Shown in pieces: positions 39,606-49,643 of a DNA stretch of 64,000 bases. The notes beneath the pieces are model-generated. The model saw only the letters and a list, made by a program, of their open reading frames with translations. It searched no databases and had not been told where the DNA came from. Both the position numbers and the translations under genes were made by a program. The stretch is from a virus. Its lineage: Duplodnaviria > Caudoviricetes. The DNA lies in IMG/VR virus record IMGVR_UViG_3300046820_001270, positions 96,001-160,000 of that record; one strand, given 5' to 3'. Every line of letters begins with the position of its first letter. The first letter of the stretch is position 1.

Positions 39606-40202
39606 ATGAAAAAGAAAGACATATATAGAAAAGAAGTAGAAGTAGGAAAGAAATATAATAAGCTATTGATTACAGAAATATCACACCATGATAGTAACAA
39701 TATTCTATGGGTATGGACACTATGCGATTGTGGTACTGTAAGGAAGAAAATGGGTATGGCTGTAGTAAATGGAACCACAAAGGATTGTGGATGTAGTAAA
39801 CCAAAACTCACTCGTGAAGAAAAGGAACTACTACCTGACTGTTGGTATGAGATGAAGAACATCATACTCATATATAAGAGACATGCAAGAGATAGGGGAT
39901 ATGAGTTTAACCTTACAGATGAACATGTACTTGATCTTATACAACAAAATTGTTTCTATTGTGGAATACCTCCGAGTAATTTTAGAAAGAGATCTACTAA
40001 GTACGTAAAGAAAGATACGAGTTTTTATTATAACGGAATTGATAGGATAGATGGTGAACCTTTCTATAATGAAGATAACACCGTTACTTGTTGTAGTAAG
40101 TGCAACACTGCCAAGAGTGATATGAACCAGAAGGAGTTCATGGATTGGATTAGTAGGTTAGTTGGACATCAGATTGAGACAGATAATATTGGAGTAATAT
40201 AA
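39606..40202 (+). CDS. HNH-like homing endonuclease
   Basis: W.LCDCG N-terminal domain; CFYCG...YNGIDRID...NTVTCCSKCNTAK. Confidence 0.8.
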   Translation: MKKKDIYRKEVEVGKKYNKLLITEISHHDSNNILWVWTLCDCGTVRKKMGMAVVNGTTKDCGCSKPKLTREEKELLPDCWYEMKNIILIYKRHARDRGYEFNLTDEHVLDLIQQNCFYCGIPPSNFRKRSTKYVKKDTSFYYNGIDRIDGEPFYNEDNTVTCCSKCNTAKSDMNQKEFMDWISRLVGHQIETDNIGVI

Positions 40203-40206
40203 AGAT

Positions 40207-40515
40207 ATGGCAAGGAAACAATTTCAGAAGATGGTTAAGGAATGGAAGGAGTGTGGTCCTAAGGAGGTATTTGAGGGTGTAAGGGATAACTTCATCTTCG
40301 GGTTCTTGGGAGCCATGATCATTGTATTCGTTTCTACCCGTACAGACATCATGGTCCTTGTTGGATATCTATCTTATTACTTCTTCATGGGAAGGATTGT
40401 TAATCGTCCTAAGTATGTTACCGATCTTGGTAAGATGATTGTGTTCCCTATCCCTTCAGCACTCGGAGCCTTCACAGGGTATAAATTGTCCATGATATTA
40501 CAGAGTTTATTGTAG
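40207..40515 (+). CDS. hypothetical membrane protein
   Basis: Three hydrophobic segments. Confidence 0.7.
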   Translation: MARKQFQKMVKEWKECGPKEVFEGVRDNFIFGFLGAMIIVFVSTRTDIMVLVGYLSYYFFMGRIVNRPKYVTDLGKMIVFPIPSALGAFTGYKLSMILQSLL

Positions 40516-40516
40516 T

Positions 40517-41253
40517 ATGTCTCCGACATCCGTGTCGGGAACATCCTGTTTATCCCCCGAAGGACCCGTTAGGGTCCGCAGTAATCGGTACAAATATAGT
40601 ACAAAAATCCCACCTTTAGACCCCTGAAAATTACCCCTAATTTATCCCCGATATTGACCCCTGTAGAGGGGTTTTATTTGTACCTTTTTATCGTAGGGTT
40701 TAAATTGGTCTAATAATCCCACTTTTACTAATATTTATTGATTGTAGATATCCCAGCGTCATTTTGGGGAGAAAGTGGGGAAAAGTGGTAGTATGTGGGG
40801 ATTGACCCTCGACCGAAGTAAGGACCATATCCTAAAAAATTTGAATATATAACTGTAATACGGGGTCCTTCGGACCCCTTCAGGTCTGTCATAGTGTCAT
40901 ATATAGTTATATATAATAACCCTTTATATATGTAATACGGTGATCTGTAATACCTTACATTCTATTTAACATAAAGTACGTTATAGGTTCACAAGTTATC
41001 CACATTACTGACCCTTGTCATACACCCTGAAGGGACGACCGTAGGATCGTCCCGTAATACTTGCCAAACAATATCAGGGAAATTAATGTTTAACCATTTA
41101 AGTGTAATACTTACACAAAACTTGCCAAACAATATTACAGGTCTTTTGGGCCAAACACATTTGTCCGTCATACATCCGTTCGTCTACGGTAATACATAAA
41201 ACCTGAAGGGGACCCTATGGGTCCCCGAAAGTAAGCTTATTATGTAATACGAA
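40517..41253. other. non-coding region with several GC-rich hairpins at a convergent strand junction
   Basis: GGACCC-GTTA-GGGTCC, GGGGTCC-TTC-GGACCCC, GGGACGA...TCGTCCC, GGGGACCC-TAT-GGGTCCCC; DnaA box at 40996. Confidence 0.7.
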
Positions 41254-42162
41254 TTAATATCCTATGTCGAAGTTCTTAAAACGTTTCTTTAGATATTCAC
41301 GGAATTCTTTTTGTTCCTCGTCAGACAGAGGTGATTCCTCGGGGGAGTTCTTTTTACCATCAACAATTTCCCACCCAAAGTTACAGGTGATTTCGAAGTT
41401 AGGATGTAATACCTTATCGGCTCTATTGTAGTTAAACTTATCTTGATGTATCACAAACCCCTTGGACCAATCATGTGGTTCGAACAATTCATATGTATGA
41501 CCTCTCCATGTTCCTCTCTTCAGTGCGTTATACACAGACCTGGCTTTCTTTACCAACTTGGACATTGCCAGAGAATATCCGTCTGAGAAGGTTGGAAGAT
41601 CCCCTTGGGTTAAACTATACGTATTTAACAGATGTGATCTTGAGAACATGATACCACCGAACTTTTGTGGGGACAGAAGTTTCAAGTTATACGTCGGAGT
41701 ATCCATGTAGTCCCTTAGGTGAAGTATACCTTGACCAGGATGGACAGATATATTCTGTAATTTCAAATGATAACAATCAATTAGATCAGGAGGATAGATC
41801 GATGGTTTATTCATTAGATCAGGATTAATCTTAAGTAGACTATCGACGAAGTCAGCTACAGATACCTGTAGGATATTCAAAGGGATCTCAGGATTTGGGT
41901 TCATGTTTGGCATGTAGTCAATTCTAAGATTGATCTCCCCAAGATACTTCTCCTCATTATACCTAACAAAGGTGTATGGTATTTGGTCCAATTGAACTGA
42001 ATAATGTATCTCACCTTCAGGTATTTGGAACTTCCTATAGAACATATGTTCCTTCTTAAACTTCTGCACAGTCTGCACGAATTTTTCACTGGCAAACTTA
42101 AACTTGTCATTAGGGATATTATCCTGTTCCTCCGTTAATCCTTTTAATTTACTTAGTCTCAT
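41254..42162 (-). CDS. tandem-module family protein (one clear and one divergent module)
   Basis: MRLSKLKGLTE leader; KKARSVYNALKRG. Confidence 0.8.
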   Translation of the reverse strand: MRLSKLKGLTEEQDNIPNDKFKFASEKFVQTVQKFKKEHMFYRKFQIPEGEIHYSVQLDQIPYTFVRYNEEKYLGEINLRIDYMPNMNPNPEIPLNILQVSVADFVDSLLKINPDLMNKPSIYPPDLIDCYHLKLQNISVHPGQGILHLRDYMDTPTYNLKLLSPQKFGGIMFSRSHLLNTYSLTQGDLPTFSDGYSLAMSKLVKKARSVYNALKRGTWRGHTYELFEPHDWSKGFVIHQDKFNYNRADKVLHPNFEITCNFGWEIVDGKKNSPEESPLSDEEQKEFREYLKKRFKNFDIGY

Positions 42163-42282
42163 AGTATATAAATATTGCCAAACAACATTGGATCGATCAG
42201 ATCCTGAAGTTCCTGTTGTTCCTAATGTACCATATGTTCCTGATGTTTCTTGCCAAACAATATCAGCATCCTGCGTCTTCGA

Positions 42283-42540
42283 TCAGGATAGTGGTTCTAC
42301 AGATACAGTTCGTCTATTGTTCTTACCAGTCTTGAAGGTCATTATACCATCTGCTGTAGCAAATAGTGTATGATCAGAACCCATACCGACATTGCTGCCA
42401 GGATAGTACTGTGTTCCTCTCTGGCGGATGAGGATGTTACCAGCTCGTGCTGACTGTCCACCGTGGATCTTTAATCCTAATCTTTTGCTGTGTGAATCAC
42501 GACCGTTCTTTACGGACCCTTCACCTTTCTTGTGTGCCAT
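42283..42540 (-). CDS. rpmA: 50S ribosomal protein bL27
   Basis: [22 protein letters not shown]...[10 protein letters not shown]...[12 protein letters not shown], full-length L27 signature. Confidence 0.97.
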   Translation of the reverse strand: MAHKKGEGSVKNGRDSHSKRLGLKIHGGQSARAGNILIRQRGTQYYPGSNVGMGSDHTLFATADGIMTFKTGKNNRRTVSVEPLS

Positions 42541-42623
42541 ATTCTTTTGTTATTTACTGTTTACTATAAATAATAAACCCCCCACAATAGTGGAGGGTCC
42601 ATTATTGTTCGTCTATAATACGA

Positions 42624-42821
42624 TTACGCCGTCTTCAATAATTGGTTACGGAAAGTAATTGCTGTTCTCTTGTTTGAGAAGTTCTTAGAGATCTTATTAC
42701 CGTTAACAGATGCTCTTACGCGGTATGAACTACCGTCGAAATATACATTGTTAGATACTGGTACATAAGTTGTCTTGGTGCGACGAGCTGTACTCTTACG
42801 AGTTGTTGTTGTTTTTTTCAT
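42624..42821 (-). CDS. small basic AP2-like DNA-binding protein
   Basis: Start re-called at MKKTTTTRKS; YRVRASVNGNKISKNFSNKRTAITFRN. Confidence 0.55.
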   Translation of the reverse strand: MKKTTTTRKSTARRTKTTYVPVSNNVYFDGSSYRVRASVNGNKISKNFSNKRTAITFRNQLLKTA

Positions 42822-42946
42822 AATCATTAATTGTTTATAATAAAATATAACACCAATTATTGATAATAAAAAATTTAAGGCAACTTTTTTTTGGATTTCT
42901 CGAAATTTAATTTGCCAAACAACATTCCACAGACTCACTGTCCCGA

Positions 42947-43075
42947 TCAGTACTTCTCCTCTACATGATCATACCACACATCTCCCCACTTACCACACAT
43001 GTAGTTGAAGTGTTCCTCAGTACTCATGAGGTAGTAAAGGATATGTTTGTCCCATATGAACTTAAACTTTGTCAT
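42947..43075 (-). CDS. small FKF-tag peptide (42 aa)
   Basis: MTKFKFIWDKHILYYLMSTEEHFNYMCGKWGDVWYDHVEEKY; missed by ORF track. Confidence 0.5.
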   Translation of the reverse strand: MTKFKFIWDKHILYYLMSTEEHFNYMCGKWGDVWYDHVEEKY

Positions 43076-43560
43076 GGTATTTAATTTCAATGTTAACACT
43101 GTCTAAATTGAAGGTGTCGTAGAAATCTTGTAGGATCTCTATCTTGGCCCTTCCCACCCAAGGCAAGAGAAACCCCGAATCCATCTTTCGTTGGATCTTG
43201 GATATCTGATCCCTAACCCATAGTTTAACTAATTGATCATTCATTTTCTAATATTTTATATTGTTTATCACCAACAGTATCCAAGATATATGCAACCTCT
43301 ACTATATCCTCCAAGTCGTAGGTGGACAAGTCATCGAACTCATCCCCTTCTTGGTTCATACCCGTTAAGTACTGTCCATCGGTCATAGTCTTAACAAGGT
43401 ATGGTACCTTGATCCAATAACCTGACATATCCTCCTCACTGACATAGACATTGAATGGTTGATCAAACTCTATGGTCTGACCAAGTTGGAATAGATTCTC
43501 TATTTCGTTACAAAACTTAATCCTTAAGTTCTTAACTTCTTCTCTTGAGTTGTAGTTCAT
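43062..43560 (-). other. two hypothetical ORFs (43062-43244; 43237-43560)
   Basis: Overlapping start/stop junctions; second start re-called at MNYNSREE. Confidence 0.65.
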
Positions 43561-43561
43561 A

Positions 43562-44149
43562 TTAATCTTCGTTGTTTTCGTTATCAAATTCTTCTTCCTC
43601 ATCTTCATTCTCATCTAAGAGGTCCTCATCGGAGTTCCCAAGATACTCTAATCTAATTCCCACAATCTTATCACCATCCATCATTACATCCATAGGATAT
43701 AGTCCATCACCAATACCTGATGAGGTTACCACACCTGTGTCATACAAACCCCATTGGTTTTCAGATAAGGTAAATCTACACATCTTCTCATACCACTTCT
43801 CTCCACCATCGTCCTTTCTATATTGTCCAAGACTGAAGTCACTCTCGGGTGTTGTAATACCTTCAGACATTTCATCGTTACGATAACTTGTCATACAGAA
43901 GACACCACACTGTCCACTATCAACACCACATTCACTGTGTTGTTCCCAATCACCATCATCTACATAATCCTCGTGGATTACTGTAATACTTGACACTCGG
44001 GTACCCCAACCTGTTCCTTCATCGTGTCTATCTACCTCGACATTGTACTTACCGGGTAATACATTAGTTAATTTAGTTTGACACCAAGTGTCGGGTGTAT
44101 AACAAGGGTCAGACACCATTACATTTTCGGAGAGAGTAATTTGATTCAT
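43562..44149 (-). CDS. DUF4241-like protein
   Basis: VSDPCY; GVDSGQCG; SSGIGDGLYPM. Confidence 0.6.
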   Translation of the reverse strand: MNQITLSENVMVSDPCYTPDTWCQTKLTNVLPGKYNVEVDRHDEGTGWGTRVSSITVIHEDYVDDGDWEQHSECGVDSGQCGVFCMTSYRNDEMSEGITTPESDFSLGQYRKDDGGEKWYEKMCRFTLSENQWGLYDTGVVTSSGIGDGLYPMDVMMDGDKIVGIRLEYLGNSDEDLLDENEDEEEEFDNENNED

Positions 44150-44207
44150 TTTAATTTAGTTTAGTTTATGGGGATAAAGTTAAATTGTTTATTCGAATAT
44201 ACCAAAT

Positions 44208-44926
44208 TTAGTTGGAATATATTTTAGTAAAGTTATCCACATTTTCAATAATAGTTTCTAACATAGATGTCCTTAACTTGTAATACACCTTCTTCATAAA
44301 GTCCTCATTGCCAAACAATATCTGAGGATCCACTGTCATCCCATTCGGGAAGTAGAGGTCTATAGGATCAATTAGAACTCTGAGTTCATTGATGTCATTA
44401 TCGGTTCTGTAGAAATTTGTTCTGGCATAGATGTACTTGTCCTTAACGGTATATAGTTTCACATTGCCAATCAAGTTTGACAGTGATCGGATCTGAAGTA
44501 CTATAACTTCTAAATCAGACAACTCTTGTATATCGGTCTTCATCGCAGTTACTCGTTCCTTGTACAGTTCCACGAATTTTGCCAAACCAATTTCGGGATG
44601 GAGATCCGTCCCGTGGTCATCAGTTATGAATTGTTCCCACTGCGGTATAGTCTCTTGATCACCTACCACTTTAAGGAAAACTCCGTTGTTTAATTTGCCC
44701 ATGATAATGGATTTAAAAAGTTAATAATTTTGCCAAACAAATTCCCACCAGCAGATCTTGTCTGTCCAAGGAAAACTTTTGTGTTAAACACATTGCCTCC
44801 ATAGTATCGTGTGGGTTTAGTGTATCCACTTGCCACACCATATTGGCGGAACCACTCGTCTTGAGTCAGTTGTTTTTCGGGGTAAGTAGTCTTACTCACC
44901 TTCGGTGTCGTCGTCATCTTCGTCAT
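44208..44926 (-). other. two hypothetical ORFs (44208-44702; 44690-44926) containing embedded TGCCAAWCAA motifs
   Basis: ORF track; motif at 44309, 44465, 44731 and a variant at 44580. Confidence 0.65.
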
Positions 44927-45542
44927 TGTTATTAATTGTTTCGTTATAAATTCTTGTTAATTCTACCTTGTCTTCATCTGATACGAAATCGAATTCGGTT
45001 AGGAAGTCCTCTAATGATAGTTCCTCATCTACAATACAATCACTTCTATATTCTACTTCAGACCAAAACTCCTCTCTTGAGTATTTGTATATTCCCTCAA
45101 GATATCCACATTCGTCGTCATATACTTCCAACTCACCATGCACCCAATTAAATGTGGTTTCACCAGCAAACCCTACTCCTCCTTCAGAATAGAACAGGTA
45201 CGCATTCACCTTGTACATCTCACATAAGTTCTGTAGGAATGGAATCGGTGGTGACCAAGCCGTTTCACAACTCAAAGTGATTTCATCTTTACTGAATGTA
45301 AATGAATGTTCCTCATATGAGATGTCCCATTTAGTTCCAAACCATTCAATGTTAGTGTCGTACCATTTCTCCTTGTAATCACCATCAGACATATGTTGAG
45401 GTAATCCTATGAGGGATTGAAACACATTATCACTTGGACCATCATCATCAGATGACTTAAGGGATTTGATAACGGATGTGAGAGTACGAATTGTACCCTC
45501 ATCACCGCTGATTTTAATGTAGTTGTTGCACCAATTTGGCAT
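44892..45542 (-). CDS. DUF1281/YubB ferredoxin-like domain protein
   Basis: MPNWCNN; WFGTKWD; ETAWSPP. Confidence 0.7.
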   Translation of the reverse strand: MPNWCNNYIKISGDEGTIRTLTSVIKSLKSSDDDGPSDNVFQSLIGLPQHMSDGDYKEKWYDTNIEWFGTKWDISYEEHSFTFSKDEITLSCETAWSPPIPFLQNLCEMYKVNAYLFYSEGGVGFAGETTFNWVHGELEVYDDECGYLEGIYKYSREEFWSEVEYRSDCIVDEELSLEDFLTEFDFVSDEDKVELTRIYNETINNNDEDDDDTEGE

Positions 45543-45548
45543 AGTATA

Positions 45549-46145
45549 TTAGTTTTCTTGTTCTTGTTTAAAATCATTTAGGAACTCGTCCTCAAATGGT
45601 AAGTTATTTAACTGATAAGATTTAATCAATTTGATTGGATGATAATCACTACCCTTTTCAGTTAGATTAAAGAACCTATCCTCTATTGTTAGTGGTTCTT
45701 TATTAAAACCCTCGTAAACTTCTAATTTGTTATTATCCAAATCTACAAGATATGCCCACTCACAGAATAAACTATCACCTGCGAAGTCTGTGCTATCGGT
45801 AATCCAAATCTCATCTTCTTCACCATCTCTAATCATTTCGAGAATTCTAGCACCATTATCTCTTGTGAGGTATGGATACTTCTCTTGATATAACTTCGAC
45901 TGGTCTCCTGTCATCCAACCATTCTCACATCCAATAGTCTTTAACCAATTCTGAATTTCTTTCTCTTTGTTTCCGTTTGTAAAGAAAACTTTGTTTAGTT
46001 TGTTTTTAAATTCTTCCAAATTAGTTGTTTGTAAGAACTCTAATACAATAACACCATTACCTGATGGGTATCCATCCCATTGTCCGTATTGTGCTACCTT
46101 TGTTTCTCCATTGGAGATTACCATTGTTAAATTTCTTGTTCCCAT
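45549..46145 (-). CDS. conserved hypothetical phage protein
   Basis: MGTR...YGQWDGYPSG.G...EWAYLVDLD motif set. Confidence 0.8.
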   Translation of the reverse strand: MGTRNLTMVISNGETKVAQYGQWDGYPSGNGVIVLEFLQTTNLEEFKNKLNKVFFTNGNKEKEIQNWLKTIGCENGWMTGDQSKLYQEKYPYLTRDNGARILEMIRDGEEDEIWITDSTDFAGDSLFCEWAYLVDLDNNKLEVYEGFNKEPLTIEDRFFNLTEKGSDYHPIKLIKSYQLNNLPFEDEFLNDFKQEQEN

Positions 46146-46235
46146 AGTTTTATAAGTTTAGGACACAAAGATAAAGTTTATATTTTTATCCAACAAATTT
46201 ATTTCAAAGTTTTTTTTGTTAAAATGTTGTTAAAG
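46146..46235 (-). promoter_or_regulatory. Bacteroidota-type promoter with upstream TTAACA direct repeat (representative)
   Basis: Minus strand TTTAACAacatTTTAACA...TTTG...TATCTTTG; TTAACA pair 11 bp apart also at 48060/48071, 49386/49397, 50473/50484, 51373/51384. Confidence 0.75.
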
Positions 46236-46427
46236 GATTTTACCAGAAAAACTGGTAGGCGCAGCTGGCTGATATTGATTGGCAACATTTGCGCTGTAAA
46301 ATCCAGCAGAGGCGCACAGGGGGAATTTGTTTGGCAAACATAACTCGTTGATAATCAATAAAACTAATTTTGCCAAACAACATCGGTGCTGTGCTGCGCT
46401 AGAAATTTAAATTGCTTCATTAGTGCG

Positions 46428-46460
46428 CAAAAAAATCCCCCGTACTTCTACGAGGGATCG
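46428..46460 (-). terminator. intrinsic terminator for minus-strand cassette (representative)
   Basis: A-tract followed by a CCC...GGG hairpin on the + strand; similar at about 46836, 48418, 49591, 50695, 51487, 52417, 53781. Confidence 0.7.
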
Positions 46461-46487
46461 AACTAAACTTACTAACCCACACCTTCT

Positions 46488-46664
46488 CTATTTACTTTGT
46501 AATACGTCTTTAAATAATTTTAAAGAACCATTTATTATAGTCGTCTCTTTAATCGCATCATCTATTGATTTAAAACTCTTGTGTAATACGAAAGTCTTGC
46601 TATCATTGGAATACCAAACATCATACGTTTTTTTACTTGGAGATAAAATTATCTTCGTGGTCAT
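46488..46664 (-). CDS. hypothetical protein (58 aa)
   Basis: MTTKIILSPSKKTYDVWYSNDSK...; TACCTTTG -7 box upstream; missed by ORF track. Confidence 0.6.
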   Translation of the reverse strand: MTTKIILSPSKKTYDVWYSNDSKTFVLHKSFKSIDDAIKETTIINGSLKLFKDVLQSK

Positions 46665-46903
46665 TGTTATACGGATTTAATGAAGTACAAAGGTAATACA
46701 TATTTTATTACAAACCAACAAATTTTTAAATTTATTTATTTTTTTATTATATGTGAAAGATTTAATCAAAAAAGTTAAACAGATCTTGCCAAACAATATC
46801 TCACCAGGCCCATTACTGGTATTACATCTAATAAAAATGGAGATCCGTAGATCTCCATTGTACAACTAACCAAACACTTAATTATTAAACACTATATAAT
46901 ATA

Positions 46904-48002
46904 CTAAAAATTTTTGACTTGGTCAACTTTATTAGAGAAAACTTCTAATACATCACCTCGACCATTCATGTTGTATATCTCAGCCGTAGATTCACCACCA
47001 TTATCACTTGGTTGTAATACTTCCTTTGTATCCATAATCTCTTCCCAACTAATCTGTTCAAGGTCTCCGTCTTCATACATTTGTTTGGCAATCTTAACTG
47101 CCTCGTTTAAGTCGTTAGCCTTAACTTCAAAGTCGGTTCTCATCCATGTTGTAACCTTTTGGTCTAAAAAGAATTCAAATGTTTTCATATGTTAAAATTT
47201 ATTTCTTACACCCACCTTACGAAACAAATCGTCGTACGGGTCTGTTTTTGGTTTTAGTGATTCATTAATTAGTGTGATATCAGCTTCGGATATTTCATCC
47301 ACAAACTTCTTATCCAAATCGTCGAGATGTCTGCCAGACAATTTGTCGAATCCTCCCATCTGATATTTGGGATAGATAATCTTGGTTTCTGTGTCGATTA
47401 CTGATGCTACGGAGTTTAGTTCTACTATCATGGTAAATCGTTTTCGGTGATTGTTAATATAGTTTCTATATCATATTTAAAACTTATCAAATACTCAAAC
47501 ATCTTCTCATCACTCTCAATAATTTCTTGTTTGGTAATTGGTGAACTATTCCAATTATCGTAGAAATTATTAATCACTGCGTTTCTCAAACCTTTAATGG
47601 TAAAATACATTTCATCTGACGATGTATCTTCCTTATCTTTTAATTTTAAAATATCTATTTTCATATTAATTGTTTTAATTTGTAATTAAATTCTTCTCTC
47701 ATACCTTCTACATCATAAACCTTCTTGGTCTCGTCGTCGTTGGGATGATAGAAACTAATATCCACCTCAATTTTATTACTTGGAAGGATTTGTTTCATAA
47801 GATAATCTACAACCTTACCACCGATAATTTCTTTCACCTCTTCAATCTCTTCCTCGTTCTCCACATCAATAGTGATACCACCTTGAATTAAATTATCAGT
47901 AACCTCCTCAATAAATTCATCACAAGAAATACTTTCGATGAATTGTGTGTGTTTGTCGGCGAATATGTCATTCACCATTTCAGATACAATTTGTTTGTCC
48001 AT
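46904..48002 (-). other. four small hypothetical ORFs (46904-47188, 47192-47431, 47428-47664, 47661-48002)
   Basis: Operon between promoter (about 48003-48080) and terminator (about 46836). Confidence 0.7.
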
Positions 48003-48221
48003 GTTTAATAAGTTTAGACCACGAAGATAATTGTTTTTTCTTTATCAAACAAATTGATTTGTTAAAACTTTGTTAAAGAAATTAACAGATGTATTACCTG
48101 TGATCCGAGCTGTATTATTGTTTGGCAGAAATGTCAAGTTTATTGCGCAGAAAACTTGACAAGTGTTATAGTTTTATATAAAAAGGTAACAAGTGTAATA
48201 CGTTGTTGCCAAACAACTTTG

Positions 48222-48297
48222 GGTACATGAGGAACAAGTGGCACTTCAGGAACATCTTGGAGGAACTTGTGGCACTTCGGGAACTTGAGGAACAGCA
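48222..48297 (+). repeat. 9-bp-period GG(A/C/T)AC-N4 tandem repeat
   Basis: ggtacatga/ggaacaagt/ggcacttca/ggaacatct...ggaacttga/ggaacagca; also 51969-52004 and inverted at 42203-42250. Confidence 0.8.
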
Positions 48298-48469
48298 GAT
48301 CCCAACAATTTGATTGGCAATTGCCAAACAACAATGTAAGCTCACCAGGCGCTAGTATTTGTAATACGATTGCCAAACAACATTCCTCGCCGGCACTGTG
48401 CCTATTTTGATAAAATAAAAAACCCCCTACTTTCGTAGAGGGTCGGGAGGGAAAACACAAACCTAACTA

Positions 48470-49318
48470 TTAAACCATATGAACCAAATCTGAAAATATC
48501 TCTTGTTCTACTTGACCAATACCACCGAACATTTTTGCTTCGGTATTATCGTTCTTACTATAAGAGTGTGTAGTGTATTTTGTTACACCACTAAATAAAC
48601 CCCACATATTATCACCCTTTTGAGACAACTCACCATTTAAGTCAATATAAAATCTTGATAAGTTATTACGTGTTCTCGTTGATAAAGCATCTCCATCATT
48701 TAAATCAACTTCAGGTTTGATGCCAAACAATTTTCGAGTCACCTTCTCCTTCAACAAATCGTCAAAACGTGTTTCACTTAATTCAGTAATGAATCTGAAT
48801 GTTTCCTTCTCTTCTTGCAAAACAATATCCAAACGTCTGCAGATGTCTTCAACTTTTAAAGACATAGACTTTGTGTGTCGAACTTTGTTTTGAAGTCCAC
48901 TCATAACTCTAAAGAACGTGTTCATACAACTGATAGTTGTATTAGAATGACCGAATGCCAATGATGTTGAACCATCAAAAGAATTCACACCCGTTAAGAA
49001 ACCTTCGATGCGGTCATTGCCTAACTTCAAATCATTTCCTTTTAATTGAACGTAGATACGACCACCATCCTTGAACTCACCTCCACGATGAATTTCTAAA
49101 CCCGTTCTACCTGATACTTGATGTAATAAGTCCATCAACTCATAATTCTGATAAGGAACATAACCATCAGAATGCAAACCAACAATCATGTTGTTGTCAT
49201 CTCTAACTATTGCCTTTTTGTTTGGAATACTAATACCACTAATGGTTTGTAATTCCTCTTGGCGAACCGTCCAATTAAGGTTGGTCTTGTCCAATAATGT
49301 TTTTACTTGTTCATTCAT
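48470..49318 (-). CDS. DUF932 / TIGR03299-like phage-plasmid protein
   Basis: KAIVRDD...Y.PYQN...GGRIYVQ...NSFDGSTS...CMNT...HTKS. Confidence 0.85.
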   Translation of the reverse strand: MNEQVKTLLDKTNLNWTVRQEELQTISGISIPNKKAIVRDDNNMIVGLHSDGYVPYQNYELMDLLHQVSGRTGLEIHRGGEFKDGGRIYVQLKGNDLKLGNDRIEGFLTGVNSFDGSTSLAFGHSNTTISCMNTFFRVMSGLQNKVRHTKSMSLKVEDICRRLDIVLQEEKETFRFITELSETRFDDLLKEKVTRKLFGIKPEVDLNDGDALSTRTRNNLSRFYIDLNGELSQKGDNMWGLFSGVTKYTTHSYSKNDNTEAKMFGGIGQVEQEIFSDLVHMV

Positions 49319-49643
49319 ATTAATTTATTTAGAGTGTAAAGGTAGTCTTTTTATATTACCCACCAAATATTATTTAATCTTTTTTTGTTAAAGTTTTGTG
49401 AAAGGATCTGTAATACGAGAATAGGATCTGTGACGCACTGTAAATATTGATTGGCAAATGCCAAACAACATTAACTGAGTAAATTAATCCAAGTCGTGTT
49501 GTCCTGTTTTTTATATAATAAAGTGGACATATGTAATACGAACTTGCCAAACAATATATTTGCATGCGCATGGTAAAATCTGTGGACATAAAAAAAGGGA
49601 TTGTCTTACGACAACCCCCGTTCCTATTATTCACTAACCAAAT

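Noticed and set aside
42283-42540. Host-chromosome contamination as the source of rpmA
   Set aside because: No rplU/obgE synteny, a phage-type TATTTATA upstream and phage motif copies on both sides; read support still needs checking
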